A DNA stretch of 64,000 bases, taken from IMG/VR virus record IMGVR_UViG_3300010163_000001, positions 32,001 to 96,000 of that record; one strand, given 5' to 3'. The notes under the pieces were generated by a model. The model saw only the letters and a program-made list of their open reading frames with translations. It had not been told where the DNA came from and searched no databases. This document shows positions 7,957 through 19,618 of this stretch, one piece after another (the stretch's first letter is position 1; every line of letters starts with the position of its first letter). Source of the stretch: a virus. Its lineage: Duplodnaviria > Caudoviricetes. The position numbers and the translations under genes were made by a program.

Positions 7957-10716
7957 GTGATAAACTTGGTTAAAAAGAATGATTATGAAACGTATTTTCT
8001 AAATAATCTATATGATGATGAATTAATAACCGGAAAATTTGCTGCAATTCAGAATAGAATATATAATGATATCTTAAAAGGAAAAGAAGCAATTCAGAAT
8101 AATAAAGTGATTAATGGTCATACATGTGATATTGTATTGGACGAAGATCTTAATTTTAAGTATGATGTTCCTCCTAGATCATATAGTGTCCAATTACGTG
8201 GACGTATCATTCCTTATTATTCAGAAAGCGAATTTGCTTTTAAATATGGATATGGAAATGTAATCTCTTCAATGGATATAATGGAAGACTCAACGGTATT
8301 TAATAAGCATTTATACTTTTATATTAACGGATATCTCATCAACAATTTAAAAATTGTTATTAACGAAGATGATGCTATCATTTTCATTCCTACTTCAGTA
8401 GATGATAACGTAAATATGAACCAATTTCAATTAGAAGAGATTATATCAGAAGGAACTACATGGTCTCTGTTTTTTGATACGAAATCAGATTTCTATTCTG
8501 GGTATATGAGTAGATCAAAATTATTTACAGACAATAAAATCTATATATCCAATTTAACAAAACATAAAACTTATAATCGGTTAGTAAAGAACAATTCTTG
8601 GACTTTATATATAACAGTAAAACGTAACTCAACTGACATTATGGTAGGTACAAATGTAAAAATGCAGTCAGATGCAAATGGAGAATATTTCTTACTGTCT
8701 GATAATTTTAAGAATTTCATTTATGATAAGTCAATGAACTTTAGATGTCTCATTGTAAATGAACCAGAATCTACAGGAAACGGAATATATATTAATCGAA
8801 ATGAAACAGTTCCAATATTTACAATTCCTTTTGAATTAAATCCAATTCCATTGAAAAATTTAATTATATGGAAATATGACGCAGAAAACAATATAAAACA
8901 CTTTCCAATTGCATGTTACGACCAGATATCTTTGATATACCCTAATATATATGATTTTACAAGAGTTCTTACAAGTGAGATTTATCCTATCATGTATGAA
9001 GACTCTATAGATTATTTGAAGAAATCAAATATTGGGAAAATTGAATTAATGGATACGGAAGGAATAGATAACCTTGGTTACGATCTTTATGTAGAGTGGG
9101 TAGAACCTCATGGAGATTCTAGTAAATATGATTCTTACATTCAGGATTATATTGACTGCTATCAAAATGAATTTGCTGATATGATTATAAATCATAGAGC
9201 AGATCCATTAATTATCAATTTTAAACCGATTAGTGGAGCTGATATTACATCAGAAGATTATTATAGCTCCCAATATAAAGGAGATTACAGAGGATGGAGA
9301 CTACAGAAACTTATTGAAATGATGGGAGATAACCCTGGAAGATATGATGAGATATTTAATCTTTTATATTATAATAATAAAAAATACATCTCAAGATCTT
9401 ACACATATGAAAGTCATCCTCATATCTATGATAGAAACATTATGACGAATCGAGATTTTTGCGAGGATAAACAAGAATTAGTGATTGATTTTATGGAACC
9501 TCAAGCATATTTAAGAATTCATGATTTTATGTCAGTAAAGAAGCCATGTTTTATTTATACAAATGGGGTAAGACATGAAGTGACCTATGTTAGTAAATGG
9601 GGTCATATATTATATATCTATTTCCCAGCAGAACTTATTGCGAATCATGAGACAATCCAATTAAATTTAGATTTAGTAAACGAACCTATCAAAAGTGTAA
9701 ACTTTATTATGGGAGATAAATATAGTGTAGAATCAAAAGAATCTTTAGAAGGATTATCTTTAAGTGACTTAATCTTTTACGGAGTAGATGATGGAGAAAT
9801 TTATGATGAGGAATGGTTCAACTTTTATGCTAAGATACAGAAAGTACAACTTAAATACTTAGGCGATAGCAAAATTGATGCAGTATCTGCAATGGATAGT
9901 GATTATGCATTATATGATAGAGTAAAAGTACAAGTTGATCCTTATGGAGAAAAAGATTGCATTATCGTAAAAATGGACTGTATCGAGCATAAAATAGAGA
10001 ATACATTATCTGAAAAACCTATAGATATGAGCAATCTCATTATATATCCTTCAGAAGAAGTAAAGGACCTATTAGTAGGGAAACGTATCGGAATATCTTC
10101 TACGAATTTTTATTTAAAGCGTGTATTTAAAATGGACCCTGATTATATAAAAACTAATGGGTTTACTTTTAAACTCGATAACTTTATAGGAAAATCATCG
10201 AAATCGCATTTTCGTGTATATATAGATGGAAAGAGGACTTCATTATTTGAAATTACACCATGTAATTACAATGAAACGCTAACAATCACAAATATAATCC
10301 CAGAAGGAAGTGTTGGATGGGATGAAGGGGGATATTCACAAGACGTTGTAATTGAATATATTGGATTTAATGAAAAGGTATTATTCTCTACAACAATTAA
10401 CAATTTAAAAGAAACAAATGATGAAATCTTATACCTTGAAAACTTTTTAGAAACTCCATTTAATAAATTAGCATTTAAAATTTATATTGATGGGTATCGA
10501 ATTTCAGACGATCAAATAAAGATAGTTAGTCAGGGTAACATGATCATGATTAATCCAACCTATTATCCATTTACAGATGATAGTATTATTACAGTATACC
10601 AACAGGGACATGATAAAAACTTCTTTAAAGAAGAAATGCTACCATATCAATTTTTAGATGAGGTGGTTCAAAATGATCCAGTGTTCAGACAATACTTAAT
10701 TAACAAATACAAATAA
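7957..10716 (+). CDS. Large putative virion structural protein (beta-rich)
   Basis: 919 aa; repeated (F/V/I)YI(N/D)G motifs; AAC-N7-TAA at 7923-7935. Confidence 0.55.
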   Translation: MINLVKKNDYETYFLNNLYDDELITGKFAAIQNRIYNDILKGKEAIQNNKVINGHTCDIVLDEDLNFKYDVPPRSYSVQLRGRIIPYYSESEFAFKYGYGNVISSMDIMEDSTVFNKHLYFYINGYLINNLKIVINEDDAIIFIPTSVDDNVNMNQFQLEEIISEGTTWSLFFDTKSDFYSGYMSRSKLFTDNKIYISNLTKHKTYNRLVKNNSWTLYITVKRNSTDIMVGTNVKMQSDANGEYFLLSDNFKNFIYDKSMNFRCLIVNEPESTGNGIYINRNETVPIFTIPFELNPIPLKNLIIWKYDAENNIKHFPIACYDQISLIYPNIYDFTRVLTSEIYPIMYEDSIDYLKKSNIGKIELMDTEGIDNLGYDLYVEWVEPHGDSSKYDSYIQDYIDCYQNEFADMIINHRADPLIINFKPISGADITSEDYYSSQYKGDYRGWRLQKLIEMMGDNPGRYDEIFNLLYYNNKKYISRSYTYESHPHIYDRNIMTNRDFCEDKQELVIDFMEPQAYLRIHDFMSVKKPCFIYTNGVRHEVTYVSKWGHILYIYFPAELIANHETIQLNLDLVNEPIKSVNFIMGDKYSVESKESLEGLSLSDLIFYGVDDGEIYDEEWFNFYAKIQKVQLKYLGDSKIDAVSAMDSDYALYDRVKVQVDPYGEKDCIIVKMDCIEHKIENTLSEKPIDMSNLIIYPSEEVKDLLVGKRIGISSTNFYLKRVFKMDPDYIKTNGFTFKLDNFIGKSSKSHFRVYIDGKRTSLFEITPCNYNETLTITNIIPEGSVGWDEGGYSQDVVIEYIGFNEKVLFSTTINNLKETNDEILYLENFLETPFNKLAFKIYIDGYRISDDQIKIVSQGNMIMINPTYYPFTDDSIITVYQQGHDKNFFKEEMLPYQFLDEVVQNDPVFRQYLINKYK

Positions 10717-10754
10717 AAAAAGGGTCGGAATCTTCCGACCCTTCTTCAGATGAG

Positions 10755-10958
10755 TTAGTACAAGGCATTCCGCTTTGCTACTAACTCATCTCTTTCATCC
10801 ATCAACTTCTGGATCAAATTGTATACTCCCTCTGAATGATCAGGGTGCATACTCGATGTCCTTTCCAACTGGCTGACACGATAGTCAATTTGGCTCAGAC
10901 GATTTGATATTTGGTCCACTGTTAATTCCTTCTTTTCTTTTTCTAAAATTTCGCTCAT
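10755..10958 (-). CDS. Small early hypothetical protein
   Basis: AGGAGG RBS; ATATATTCT at 10999-11007; hairpin terminator at 10716-10743. Confidence 0.7.
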   Translation of the reverse strand: MSEILEKEKKELTVDQISNRLSQIDYRVSQLERTSSMHPDHSEGVYNLIQKLMDERDELVAKRNALY

Positions 10959-11028
10959 TTTTTAATCCTCCTATGTATCTTTTACTTTATACATTAGAAG
11001 AATATATTATATTAAAACGTTTAAATAC

Positions 11029-11859
11029 TTAGAGTAAATCGTAAGATGAATTCGGATTAAATACTGATTCTAAAATAATGCTTGTATATGCATCTGTTGC
11101 TTTATTGAATAATTGAAAATTCTCTTCTATCGCTTCGAATAATCTAAATATTAAGATTACTCTATTCCTTGAGTCTTCCACCTTTTCCATCATGGAAAAC
11201 GGCTCTGTAATCCTTGCAACAAACCCTCTTGAAGCACCAGAATATTCTTTTGTTGCTAGTTCATTCATAGCTTCACCAGAATTAAGAATATCTCTCAAAT
11301 CTAATAGACTCCTACTAATAATTATATTTTTATCAAGAATATCCGCAAATTCTTTTTTAATTGTACTATCCAATGTATCTAGAACTGTACTAAACAATTC
11401 CATTCTGTTTATAATTGCTATAACAGAATAATCTTCTGGTCTAATTAAAGGATCTAACTTATAGTCTCTTATCATAAGTTCATCCATAGTACAGAATCTA
11501 TCAGTAGAAAATGTGATATCTTGAACAATATTATTCTCATCATAAAGAATAATGGAAGTGTTTGGTTGTAGATCCATATTTTTTCGTTCACTGATCCTAC
11601 TCATCATTATATTATAATTTCTTCTTACTTCAGTATAGATATTTAAGAATTCAGCTCTGGAATTTTCCGCTTGAACTTTTGACAAGGATACTAATTTGCT
11701 GAGATCATCTGAAGCTTTTTTAAGTTCATCAAACATATCCAATATATCCATTGGAATCTTAGCTTCCTGAATTTTATCATATGTCTCCTTCATTATTCTG
11801 GAAGTTGTTTGTAGATTATCCATAAGAGACATGATTGATGATTTTACAATATTTCCCAT
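11029..11859 (-). CDS. Hypothetical protein (probable virion operon)
   Basis: Long ORF with AGGAGGTG RBS. Confidence 0.65.
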   Translation of the reverse strand: MGNIVKSSIMSLMDNLQTTSRIMKETYDKIQEAKIPMDILDMFDELKKASDDLSKLVSLSKVQAENSRAEFLNIYTEVRRNYNIMMSRISERKNMDLQPNTSIILYDENNIVQDITFSTDRFCTMDELMIRDYKLDPLIRPEDYSVIAIINRMELFSTVLDTLDSTIKKEFADILDKNIIISRSLLDLRDILNSGEAMNELATKEYSGASRGFVARITEPFSMMEKVEDSRNRVILIFRLFEAIEENFQLFNKATDAYTSIILESVFNPNSSYDLL

Positions 11860-11872
11860 ACATATTCACCTC

Positions 11873-12949
11873 CTAAAAAGTAATATCCCCGCCGAATGCG
11901 GGATTGTTAAATTCTGAAGGTGCATAGTTTGTGCGGTTTGTTTTTTCAATATCTTTCGTTGCTTCTGCATTTTCTTTCAATAATTTTGTTTCAATAAATA
12001 CAGCAAGTCTTTCAAGTCTATCGGCTAATTTTTGATGTTTTGTAATAACTGAATCAGGAGCTCCTTCTTCCTTTTCCTGTTCAATACTAAATTCTATGAA
12101 TTCTTTATTTGTTTTTGCAGAATCTCTAACACCTTTTGCTGCTTTAAAGAATAAGTATATTACATATCTTATAGCAAAAAAGATTCCAATCGCAGCAATA
12201 ACCCAAACTAAAGGTTTTGGCATTCCGAGCAAAAATGTTCCTGCTCCTTTTACAACTTCCCCTAAGTTTTTACTATCTACGATGATGCTAATCGGTCCTG
12301 CTTCTGTTGCCGGCGAAGCAACTGCTCCATTAAATAAAGATGGATTTTTCTTGAGTTCAGACATAAATGTTGCCCACTGTCCGGAATCATAGCTCTTAAT
12401 CATTCCTTTTACTGATTTCAACAGAAGAAGATTCTTTTTCTTTGTCTTTTTAAAGTCAAATTGAATACCTGCATTTTCCCTCATCATTCTTGTATATATC
12501 AATACACAAAGATTAATCATCTCATGAAGAGAATATACTGCAGTGCAATAAGAGAGTTTTACAATTTCGATATCACGAGTATAACCAAACTCATAATCTT
12601 TTCTACATGATATAATCATATCATGTAATTTATTCATTAGCTGAACCTCTTCACATTCTTTTCCTTCAAATAATTTATTTAAATAATCCATCCCGGTAGT
12701 AATGATTCCATACTCTTTATATGCAGTAAGGTTTCCTTTGGAATCGGGTATAGCACCAAAATCAATATTACTCTTTGACATGATATCAGTATATAACTTT
12801 TGTAACAACTGCGCATTTGTTTCAACAGTTCCCTCTAAGACAATATCGAAATAATTCATTCTGTCTTTTGGGTCTTGCGCAAGCCTCATATCATAAAATG
12901 ATTCCATAACAGATCCATTATTCATTAATAATGCTTGTAATTCTGTCAT
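11873..12949 (-). CDS. Putative virion structural protein with hydrophobic segment
   Basis: Start likely MTELQ after AGGAGGAG; VME and ATE sites; LVWVIAAIGIFFAIRYVIYLFF. Confidence 0.55.
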   Translation of the reverse strand: MTELQALLMNNGSVMESFYDMRLAQDPKDRMNYFDIVLEGTVETNAQLLQKLYTDIMSKSNIDFGAIPDSKGNLTAYKEYGIITTGMDYLNKLFEGKECEEVQLMNKLHDMIISCRKDYEFGYTRDIEIVKLSYCTAVYSLHEMINLCVLIYTRMMRENAGIQFDFKKTKKKNLLLLKSVKGMIKSYDSGQWATFMSELKKNPSLFNGAVASPATEAGPISIIVDSKNLGEVVKGAGTFLLGMPKPLVWVIAAIGIFFAIRYVIYLFFKAAKGVRDSAKTNKEFIEFSIEQEKEEGAPDSVITKHQKLADRLERLAVFIETKLLKENAEATKDIEKTNRTNYAPSEFNNPAFGGDITF

Positions 12950-12962
12950 TTTAATCTCCTCC

Positions 12963-14360
12963 TTATTTTCTTCCAAAGATTTTAATAATTTCATTCTGGT
13001 TTAAGAGATCGTTTGTTTTATTTACAGAACTCTTTAAAGATGTTATTGTTGTATAACCCCAATCTGTGTCGCAATCAAAGAGAACCTTTAAAGTTCCTTG
13101 CTCAGTATCATAAATACCAAATGCTAACAAATAGTAACTGTTTAACAATTTAACGGCATTCTGTAAAACATCCAAATCTACATGACATTCATCTTTAATT
13201 CTTGCTGCTTCATAAGTTGTAATAATAATTGTCGTTGTCGGAAGAACTTCATTGTTAAAAAATTTTCCAACACCATTGAGGCGCTTTCTCTTCTTTAACT
13301 GCTTAAGGAATCTCTTCTCCATCTGCTCATTCTGAGAATTAACCTTACTCCTTGCATCAGATACTCCAAAGATAGCATCAAATGTACCAACTTCTCCTTT
13401 AGACCATTTTAAAAACTTAAAGATGGTTCTGGAATTTCTGCAAGCTTCAGACATAGAAGCAATCATCAAATTAGTAGGAACTAATCTAGGCATAACTTTT
13501 ACGCCAATCGTAAGATTTATAGACGGAGTTTTCCCGCCTTTCACAAGAACCTGTACATTCACCATTGTTGGTTCCATACTTTCCATTTGAGGATTTTTTA
13601 CAACTTGATTAAATTGAGTCTGAACAACTGGTTTCCTTATATCATCCTTAACAGTTTGAGTTTTCTCTATATTACCATCTTTATCTCTAGTAATAGTTGT
13701 TTTCGTCGATGTTCCCCTATTATAAACACCATCATTATACAAAGAGGTTTGTTTTGCTCCCATATCATTAATATGATCACCAAAACTATTAACAATATCC
13801 TGAGCATCTTCTTTTGCAATTTTCATAGCATTGATTTTTTCTTTGATAATTCGTTCCGTTCTTGTATATGGCTTATAAGAGTCATTCAAAGATTCTGTAC
13901 AGAGACTGTCTTTAATATCCCCGGACGCATACATATTCAGTGCTACCAAATCCATAGCAGGAATATTATGATTTACAGTTGCCTTTACTTCAGCATCTTC
14001 ATACCCTTCCATCCCTAATGCCTGCTGTACACCTTTGATATCAGCCGATAATAATGATGCGTTATTATTATGAAACTTTTTTACATAATCGGATGCATTA
14101 TCCACTTTATCCATATCCATTAATGGATTTAAAGAGTATGCAGTTGCTACTGCAGCAGCATAAGTCATTTGAAATCCTTTTGCCAATGCCAGTTGAGCAT
14201 CTGAATCAATTCCGGATGACATAATAAGTGGGTACATATACATACCCGGACTTGCCATTGTCATAATACTTTTACGCTGAGATAGTTTCATTAGACTACC
14301 CACATTTTTAACACCTTGCAATACCTTTGCAGTCATTTCCGCTTCGTTTGCAATTTTCAT
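12963..14360 (-). CDS. Putative virion structural protein
   Basis: 465 aa; ANE, GME and AKE putative protease sites. Confidence 0.55.
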   Translation of the reverse strand: MKIANEAEMTAKVLQGVKNVGSLMKLSQRKSIMTMASPGMYMYPLIMSSGIDSDAQLALAKGFQMTYAAAVATAYSLNPLMDMDKVDNASDYVKKFHNNNASLLSADIKGVQQALGMEGYEDAEVKATVNHNIPAMDLVALNMYASGDIKDSLCTESLNDSYKPYTRTERIIKEKINAMKIAKEDAQDIVNSFGDHINDMGAKQTSLYNDGVYNRGTSTKTTITRDKDGNIEKTQTVKDDIRKPVVQTQFNQVVKNPQMESMEPTMVNVQVLVKGGKTPSINLTIGVKVMPRLVPTNLMIASMSEACRNSRTIFKFLKWSKGEVGTFDAIFGVSDARSKVNSQNEQMEKRFLKQLKKRKRLNGVGKFFNNEVLPTTTIIITTYEAARIKDECHVDLDVLQNAVKLLNSYYLLAFGIYDTEQGTLKVLFDCDTDWGYTTITSLKSSVNKTNDLLNQNEIIKIFGRK

Positions 14361-14498
14361 ATAATCTTACCTACCTTTCTAAAAAATTATTATTTTTGTT
14401 TCAGTAGTATGCATTATTTATCTGTTGTTATCGCGGGGTATTATGACATTTATAATAAAAAAAGTTGGGGTGAAAACACCCCAACTTAAGACACGGAT

Positions 14499-15035
14499 TT
14501 AGAAATTCCAAATCCGCCTTAACGAAGTTCTGTCTGCTTCCTCATCATAGTAACGAGTTTTACCATAAGTTCTAAGGAATTTCTTATATTCCCTTTCTTG
14601 ATCCCTTCTACCTGTACCTACGAAATCATCTTCCCGGTATAAAACATTCCTTTTTCCGCGATAATATTCTCTTTCAATGTCTCTCGCATAGTCATGCTTA
14701 TGACCTTTTTTCTTTTTCGGCTTGAGATCCTTACGAAGGTTTTTCTTTACGTCCTTCATCAGAGGATGAAGTTTATCCTGTTCACGGACATCTGCATAAT
14801 TTCTTCCAAGTGCTGCTGTTGTAACAGTCTCATTATTTTTGTTGGTGTACATATCCCATTTATTCTTCAAGAATTTGAAGATGAGAACGATCACTGCGAT
14901 ACTTACTCCCGCAATAAGACCTACTTTAATCAACCCAATTAAACCAGCACCTTGTATTGCTGCCCATATAGCACTCATTCCGCCACCTAATGCTGCAACT
15001 ATTTTTGCAAGTCCTGCTTTTGCTGCTGCCATCAT
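14499..15035 (-). CDS. Early membrane-anchored protein with basic C-terminus
   Basis: Hydrophobic Gly/Ala-rich N-terminus; AGGAGG RBS; ATATATTAT at 15107-15115; terminator 14460-14487. Confidence 0.7.
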   Translation of the reverse strand: MMAAAKAGLAKIVAALGGGMSAIWAAIQGAGLIGLIKVGLIAGVSIAVIVLIFKFLKNKWDMYTNKNNETVTTAALGRNYADVREQDKLHPLMKDVKKNLRKDLKPKKKKGHKHDYARDIEREYYRGKRNVLYREDDFVGTGRRDQEREYKKFLRTYGKTRYYDEEADRTSLRRIWNF

Positions 15036-15193
15036 GATCTAATTCCTCCTTTCTTCAAACGCTTTGATTAATATTTTAACAACGACATCTCTTTTTTCAC
15101 CTAGAAATAATATATCTTTATTTTACGAGTTTTCGGAAACAAACGAGTTAATATTACAGTTATAATGATAAAAAAGGTGGTGACAAATTTCAT

Positions 15194-16474
15194 ATGGCAA
15201 CAACAAGTTCATTGGTTAATACTCTTAAATCAAAGAGCTCTTATACTTATAATGCAAAAGGAAAAAAGGTTACTTCGCCTCCGAAATATATTACAAATAC
15301 TGCGAATGAACTTCGTAAAGGAAAACGAATGAATCCAAAAAATAAGGAAGCAGTTGGGATTACTAGTAAAATAGATAAAGGGATGAAATTTAATTTAAAT
15401 ATGAATCGTGGTTCTGGTAGTAGAACCTATAATATGACGCACTATTTTGATCGGCTATATTCTATTTATCCAGAAGAAGAAATAGAAACCTTCTGCCCAT
15501 ATGTTTTTATTGTAAGACCAGATTTAAACATCTTGGATACACATGGGAATAAATTGGTTAGTATTACGAATACACAGCGAGAAACTGGATATTATCCAAA
15601 TACATCTCCAAGTAAAGATCCATTCTTTATATATATGAGAAAAGACCACCCGAATATGTTAAGATCAATTTCTGGAGATGAAATGAGTGGACATGATTTT
15701 ATTTCTTATCTAGTTGGAAGGACAGAATCTTTACAAATTCCAGATTATCAAGTTAAAGATTATAATATAAATCAACCATATACAAATTTCAACCTCCCAT
15801 ATGCAAGTCATGCAATAGCATCTACTACTGGGGGACAGGTAGAGGTAACATTTCGAGATGACAAAGATTTACGTATACACAAAATGATTCAAGCATGGTT
15901 ATACTACATTGATGGAGTAACCAGAAATGTATTTGGACCAAGATTGAAATATATTCAAAATAATAAATTTGACTATATGTGCAGTATTTACTATATGCTA
16001 TGTGGACCAGATGCAACAACATTAAAATATTGGCATAAATTTACAGGAGCATTTCCTATATTAGCTCCAAATAGTGGACTTAGTTTTAATTTAAGAGGAA
16101 AAATTGAAAGTCAAATGTCTGTAACATTTGCATATTTTTATCAAGAACCTATGAATTTAGCGTCTTTATATGACTTCAACAAGAATGCTCATGTTATAGA
16201 GTCTGGAACACCTTATATTCCGTTATATAATACAAGGACAATTAAATCTACTGGAATGACAGCATACTCTTCAACTGCTGTAACAACTAATGGACAAAAG
16301 ATTGGTTCATTGGCTAAGAAGTTTGATAAAAAAACAGGGCATAATAGAGATGTGAATATTCCATCTGTATTAGGAGTTGGAAACGGAATGGCTGGATGCC
16401 CTTTTATAGTGAGGGAAGATTCAGATTACAAACTTAGATGGAAAAAAGTACCTACAAGTTTGGGAAAATTTTAA
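15194..16474 (+). CDS. Putative virion tail-tube-like/baseplate protein
   Basis: YVFIVRPDLN motif recalled from jumbo-phage virion proteins; adjacent to baseplate-like gene. Confidence 0.5.
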   Translation: MATTSSLVNTLKSKSSYTYNAKGKKVTSPPKYITNTANELRKGKRMNPKNKEAVGITSKIDKGMKFNLNMNRGSGSRTYNMTHYFDRLYSIYPEEEIETFCPYVFIVRPDLNILDTHGNKLVSITNTQRETGYYPNTSPSKDPFFIYMRKDHPNMLRSISGDEMSGHDFISYLVGRTESLQIPDYQVKDYNINQPYTNFNLPYASHAIASTTGGQVEVTFRDDKDLRIHKMIQAWLYYIDGVTRNVFGPRLKYIQNNKFDYMCSIYYMLCGPDATTLKYWHKFTGAFPILAPNSGLSFNLRGKIESQMSVTFAYFYQEPMNLASLYDFNKNAHVIESGTPYIPLYNTRTIKSTGMTAYSSTAVTTNGQKIGSLAKKFDKKTGHNRDVNIPSVLGVGNGMAGCPFIVREDSDYKLRWKKVPTSLGKF

Positions 16475-16496
16475 AAGAAAGGAGATGTATATTTTC

Positions 16497-19400
16497 ATGA
16501 CTAATCAAAAAATGCTCGGTAGTTCTATAGAAATTCAGGATTACTGGATCAATAAAATAGCACCAAACTACTTTGATTTTGAAAATGTAAATAACTATCG
16601 TTCTGGTGTATTTGGATATATCAATGAAGTCATGTCTACAGTTGCAGCAGATGCATTCAATGCTATGAATATAGCAAGACGGGAATTTTATCCGATTACT
16701 GCAAAGTATCCCAAATCTTTATATAAAATGGCAGCATTACAACAGTTATCTATTCCATTAGCAACTCCGGCTGTGTGCAATGCTGTTTTACTTTTAGATA
16801 GGGATGAAATAATTGCGAATTCGACATATAAAAATGGAGCATATACTTGTATTATTGATAATACAGCAAAAATATTCGCAGATAATTTACAATTTTCTCT
16901 TATGTATCCAATTATTATCATTTCAAATGAATCAAATGGGGTATGGAATCATACGATTCATTATCTTAAAACATATTCAAATGATTTGGATACTGAGAAT
17001 ATTAGTTCTACGTATATTGTAAATAAAACCACTTTTCAAGAAGGCAAAAGATATTTAATGATGATGGTTTTGTTAAAGCAATATTCAGTGACTTCTATTC
17101 CAGAAACTATTAGCAACGATGCAATGATAGATAATGTGAACTTTACTTTTAACTTTACATCTGGTTTGGCAAATTTTGAAGTATTCTATACAGAAGAACC
17201 AGGTGTATCAAAGACGATTCAATTAAAGAAATTAATGTATGGGCAGGGAGTAGTAACAAATCCATTTTGTTATTATAGATTATTATCAAATGATTCATTA
17301 GAAATATCCTTCCCAAAAAATCCATATTTTACTCCGATGTTAAATGCAGAAATACGAGTAGATATTTACACATGTGAAGGAGTGAAAGGAAATTTTCCTT
17401 TATTTAAAGGATCTTTATCTTGTGTAATGGATTCTGAGACATATCCTTATAATAACAATATGAAAATGATGGGAGTTATATCTGGAGGTAGTGTAAAAGG
17501 AAAAGATATGCCCACCATAGAGGAATATAAAAGAGATATTCAAGCAGCATATTCAACGAATTCAACTATTACAAGTACATCAGATTTACAAATATGCTTT
17601 GATAAGCTATCAACTGGAAGGAATAAAGTATCTTTTCGGAAAAAACGAGCAGACGCATTTGACCGTATTTATGGAGCATATGTTTTACTAAAAGATAGTG
17701 AAGACAATGTTATCCCAACAAATACTCTCACATTGAATTTGACTTTAAACGATTTCGATATTTACAACGAAGTAAGTCAGAAGGCTATTATGTTACCTGG
17801 CGCAATTTTTGAATATGACCCAGAGAGTTTTACATCCGAGATATATACCGGAATAAAATCCACAGATTTAAAGCTTTTAGATGATTTAACAGAATATGAT
17901 GAATCATATGAACGGTTCTTGTATGCCAATCCATATTTGATATCAATTACGTTAGATCCTAATTCAATTGAATATTATGACAACTCAGTTGATACGGTTA
18001 TATCAATTGATCATTCCTATATGAACGATCAATCTATTATCCAATTTATTGGAAAGAATTTAACAATGCACAGAAATGCAATGAATGGAGAAAATTTTTA
18101 TAAAATATCTATTGAAGTTACTCCATCTACAGAAATACCTGTAGAAAGTGTTATTAAAATTCCTACCGAAGAAGATGATGATTATTATATCCGAGCGCAA
18201 CATAATGGTGTTGTAGAATCTATTAAATGGGAAGAAGATATGGTCATGTGTACTTTGTTATATGACGATAATTCAAGAGAATCTTTCCAAGTAAATTCTT
18301 ATATAGAGAATTCAGGCGGAACATATGAGTATCAAACAGGATATGCTCCGAATTTCGAAGTTTACGATACATTCATTGAAGGAGATATTATCGCAGTAAA
18401 AAAAGTAGAAGATCTTGGTGCGATTCGCGCTTGCATTGATATAAATGAAGCCCTTCTGAAAAATGGTTTATATATACCAATGTGTGTTGAAGGATTTAAT
18501 GAAAGCACGTCAACCTTTACACTGGCTGGCTATGTCTCTACCGATGATATAATTAATGACAATGAAACTATTTTATTAGACCATGGAATTTATTCTGAAG
18601 ATGGTCATGAAGACGATGGTTTTTCTATTCAGTATAAAACTGTAAAATTAGAAGTATCAGTATTTTACAAATACAACGATTTTAATATTGATCATTTGTG
18701 GAATAATTTTGATTATCTTAGAACTCATACAATGACAAATACTTATTCTGATAATTCAGAAAATGGGATTGCTGTCATTCGAAATATAGACTTTATCCGT
18801 TCAACTGTTTTATTTACAGAACCACAAGATATGGGTCCTTCTGAAGAAACAATTGAAACACCAACTATATCAGAAGATGACGACGAAGATTTTGAAGAAG
18901 AGATCGAAGAGGAAGAAGAACCACTGGATGAAGAAGTGGAACCAATACAATTTAACGATAACGATTTTATTATTTGCATTAAAGAAGTTCCTTTAGTAAA
19001 AGCACAATGGATTAAATCATCTGAGAATTTCTTATATTTGAGCCAAGAAGTGAAAGGTGACTTTGATAATTTAAAGCTTCTTTATTATAATTTGGAGAAT
19101 AATTTTGGATTTGATATGAAGTTTTACAATAGTTATGGAAAGAGTAGAACATTTAAAGTTGGCTATAAGAATATATGGGAACCTTTATCACATGTAAATG
19201 TGGGATTATATTTCGGCATTTATATCCCAGCCACAGGAACTAAAGTTGACTTTATAGATAAATTCCGCGCTTATGTGAAAGAACTAATAGAATCTATTAA
19301 TTCTTCAGCTAGTTCGGGACAAAGCATTTACATTATGAATTTAATAACTGACATTAAGAATGAATTTAAAGACATTGGATACATTGAATATTATGGATTT

Positions 19401-19616
19401 AATAATTATGGAACTGATATTCAAAAAATAGAACCATTTCCAACATCAGAAATGAGTGATCAACTGATCAAGGAATATATTCCTGAGTTCATAAATATTT
19501 CGTCACATAAAGAAAATGGCGTGAATATTCCAGATATTTATGTAGAGTTCTTAAATCAGACAGACCAAGCAACCGAGCAACAAAGTTATAATTTAAGAAA
19601 TGGAGGTTCAAAGTAG
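16497..19616 (+). CDS. Putative baseplate wedge protein
   Basis: ~1040 aa; GVFGY near the N-term, CEGVKGN, GG..GKD motifs reminiscent of gp6/baseplate-J-type proteins; start moved to ATG 16497 by RBS spacing. Confidence 0.55.
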   Translation: MTNQKMLGSSIEIQDYWINKIAPNYFDFENVNNYRSGVFGYINEVMSTVAADAFNAMNIARREFYPITAKYPKSLYKMAALQQLSIPLATPAVCNAVLLLDRDEIIANSTYKNGAYTCIIDNTAKIFADNLQFSLMYPIIIISNESNGVWNHTIHYLKTYSNDLDTENISSTYIVNKTTFQEGKRYLMMMVLLKQYSVTSIPETISNDAMIDNVNFTFNFTSGLANFEVFYTEEPGVSKTIQLKKLMYGQGVVTNPFCYYRLLSNDSLEISFPKNPYFTPMLNAEIRVDIYTCEGVKGNFPLFKGSLSCVMDSETYPYNNNMKMMGVISGGSVKGKDMPTIEEYKRDIQAAYSTNSTITSTSDLQICFDKLSTGRNKVSFRKKRADAFDRIYGAYVLLKDSEDNVIPTNTLTLNLTLNDFDIYNEVSQKAIMLPGAIFEYDPESFTSEIYTGIKSTDLKLLDDLTEYDESYERFLYANPYLISITLDPNSIEYYDNSVDTVISIDHSYMNDQSIIQFIGKNLTMHRNAMNGENFYKISIEVTPSTEIPVESVIKIPTEEDDDYYIRAQHNGVVESIKWEEDMVMCTLLYDDNSRESFQVNSYIENSGGTYEYQTGYAPNFEVYDTFIEGDIIAVKKVEDLGAIRACIDINEALLKNGLYIPMCVEGFNESTSTFTLAGYVSTDDIINDNETILLDHGIYSEDGHEDDGFSIQYKTVKLEVSVFYKYNDFNIDHLWNNFDYLRTHTMTNTYSDNSENGIAVIRNIDFIRSTVLFTEPQDMGPSEETIETPTISEDDDEDFEEEIEEEEEPLDEEVEPIQFNDNDFIICIKEVPLVKAQWIKSSENFLYLSQEVKGDFDNLKLLYYNLENNFGFDMKFYNSYGKSRTFKVGYKNIWEPLSHVNVGLYFGIYIPATGTKVDFIDKFRAYVKELIESINSSASSGQSIYIMNLITDIKNEFKDIGYIEYYGFNNYGTDIQKIEPFPTSEMSDQLIKEYIPEFINISSHKENGVNIPDIYVEFLNQTDQATEQQSYNLRNGGSK

Positions 19617-19618
19617 AT

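Noticed and set aside
18830-18960. GAA-rich DNA repeat
   Set aside because: Explained by an acidic low-complexity linker in the baseplate-like protein
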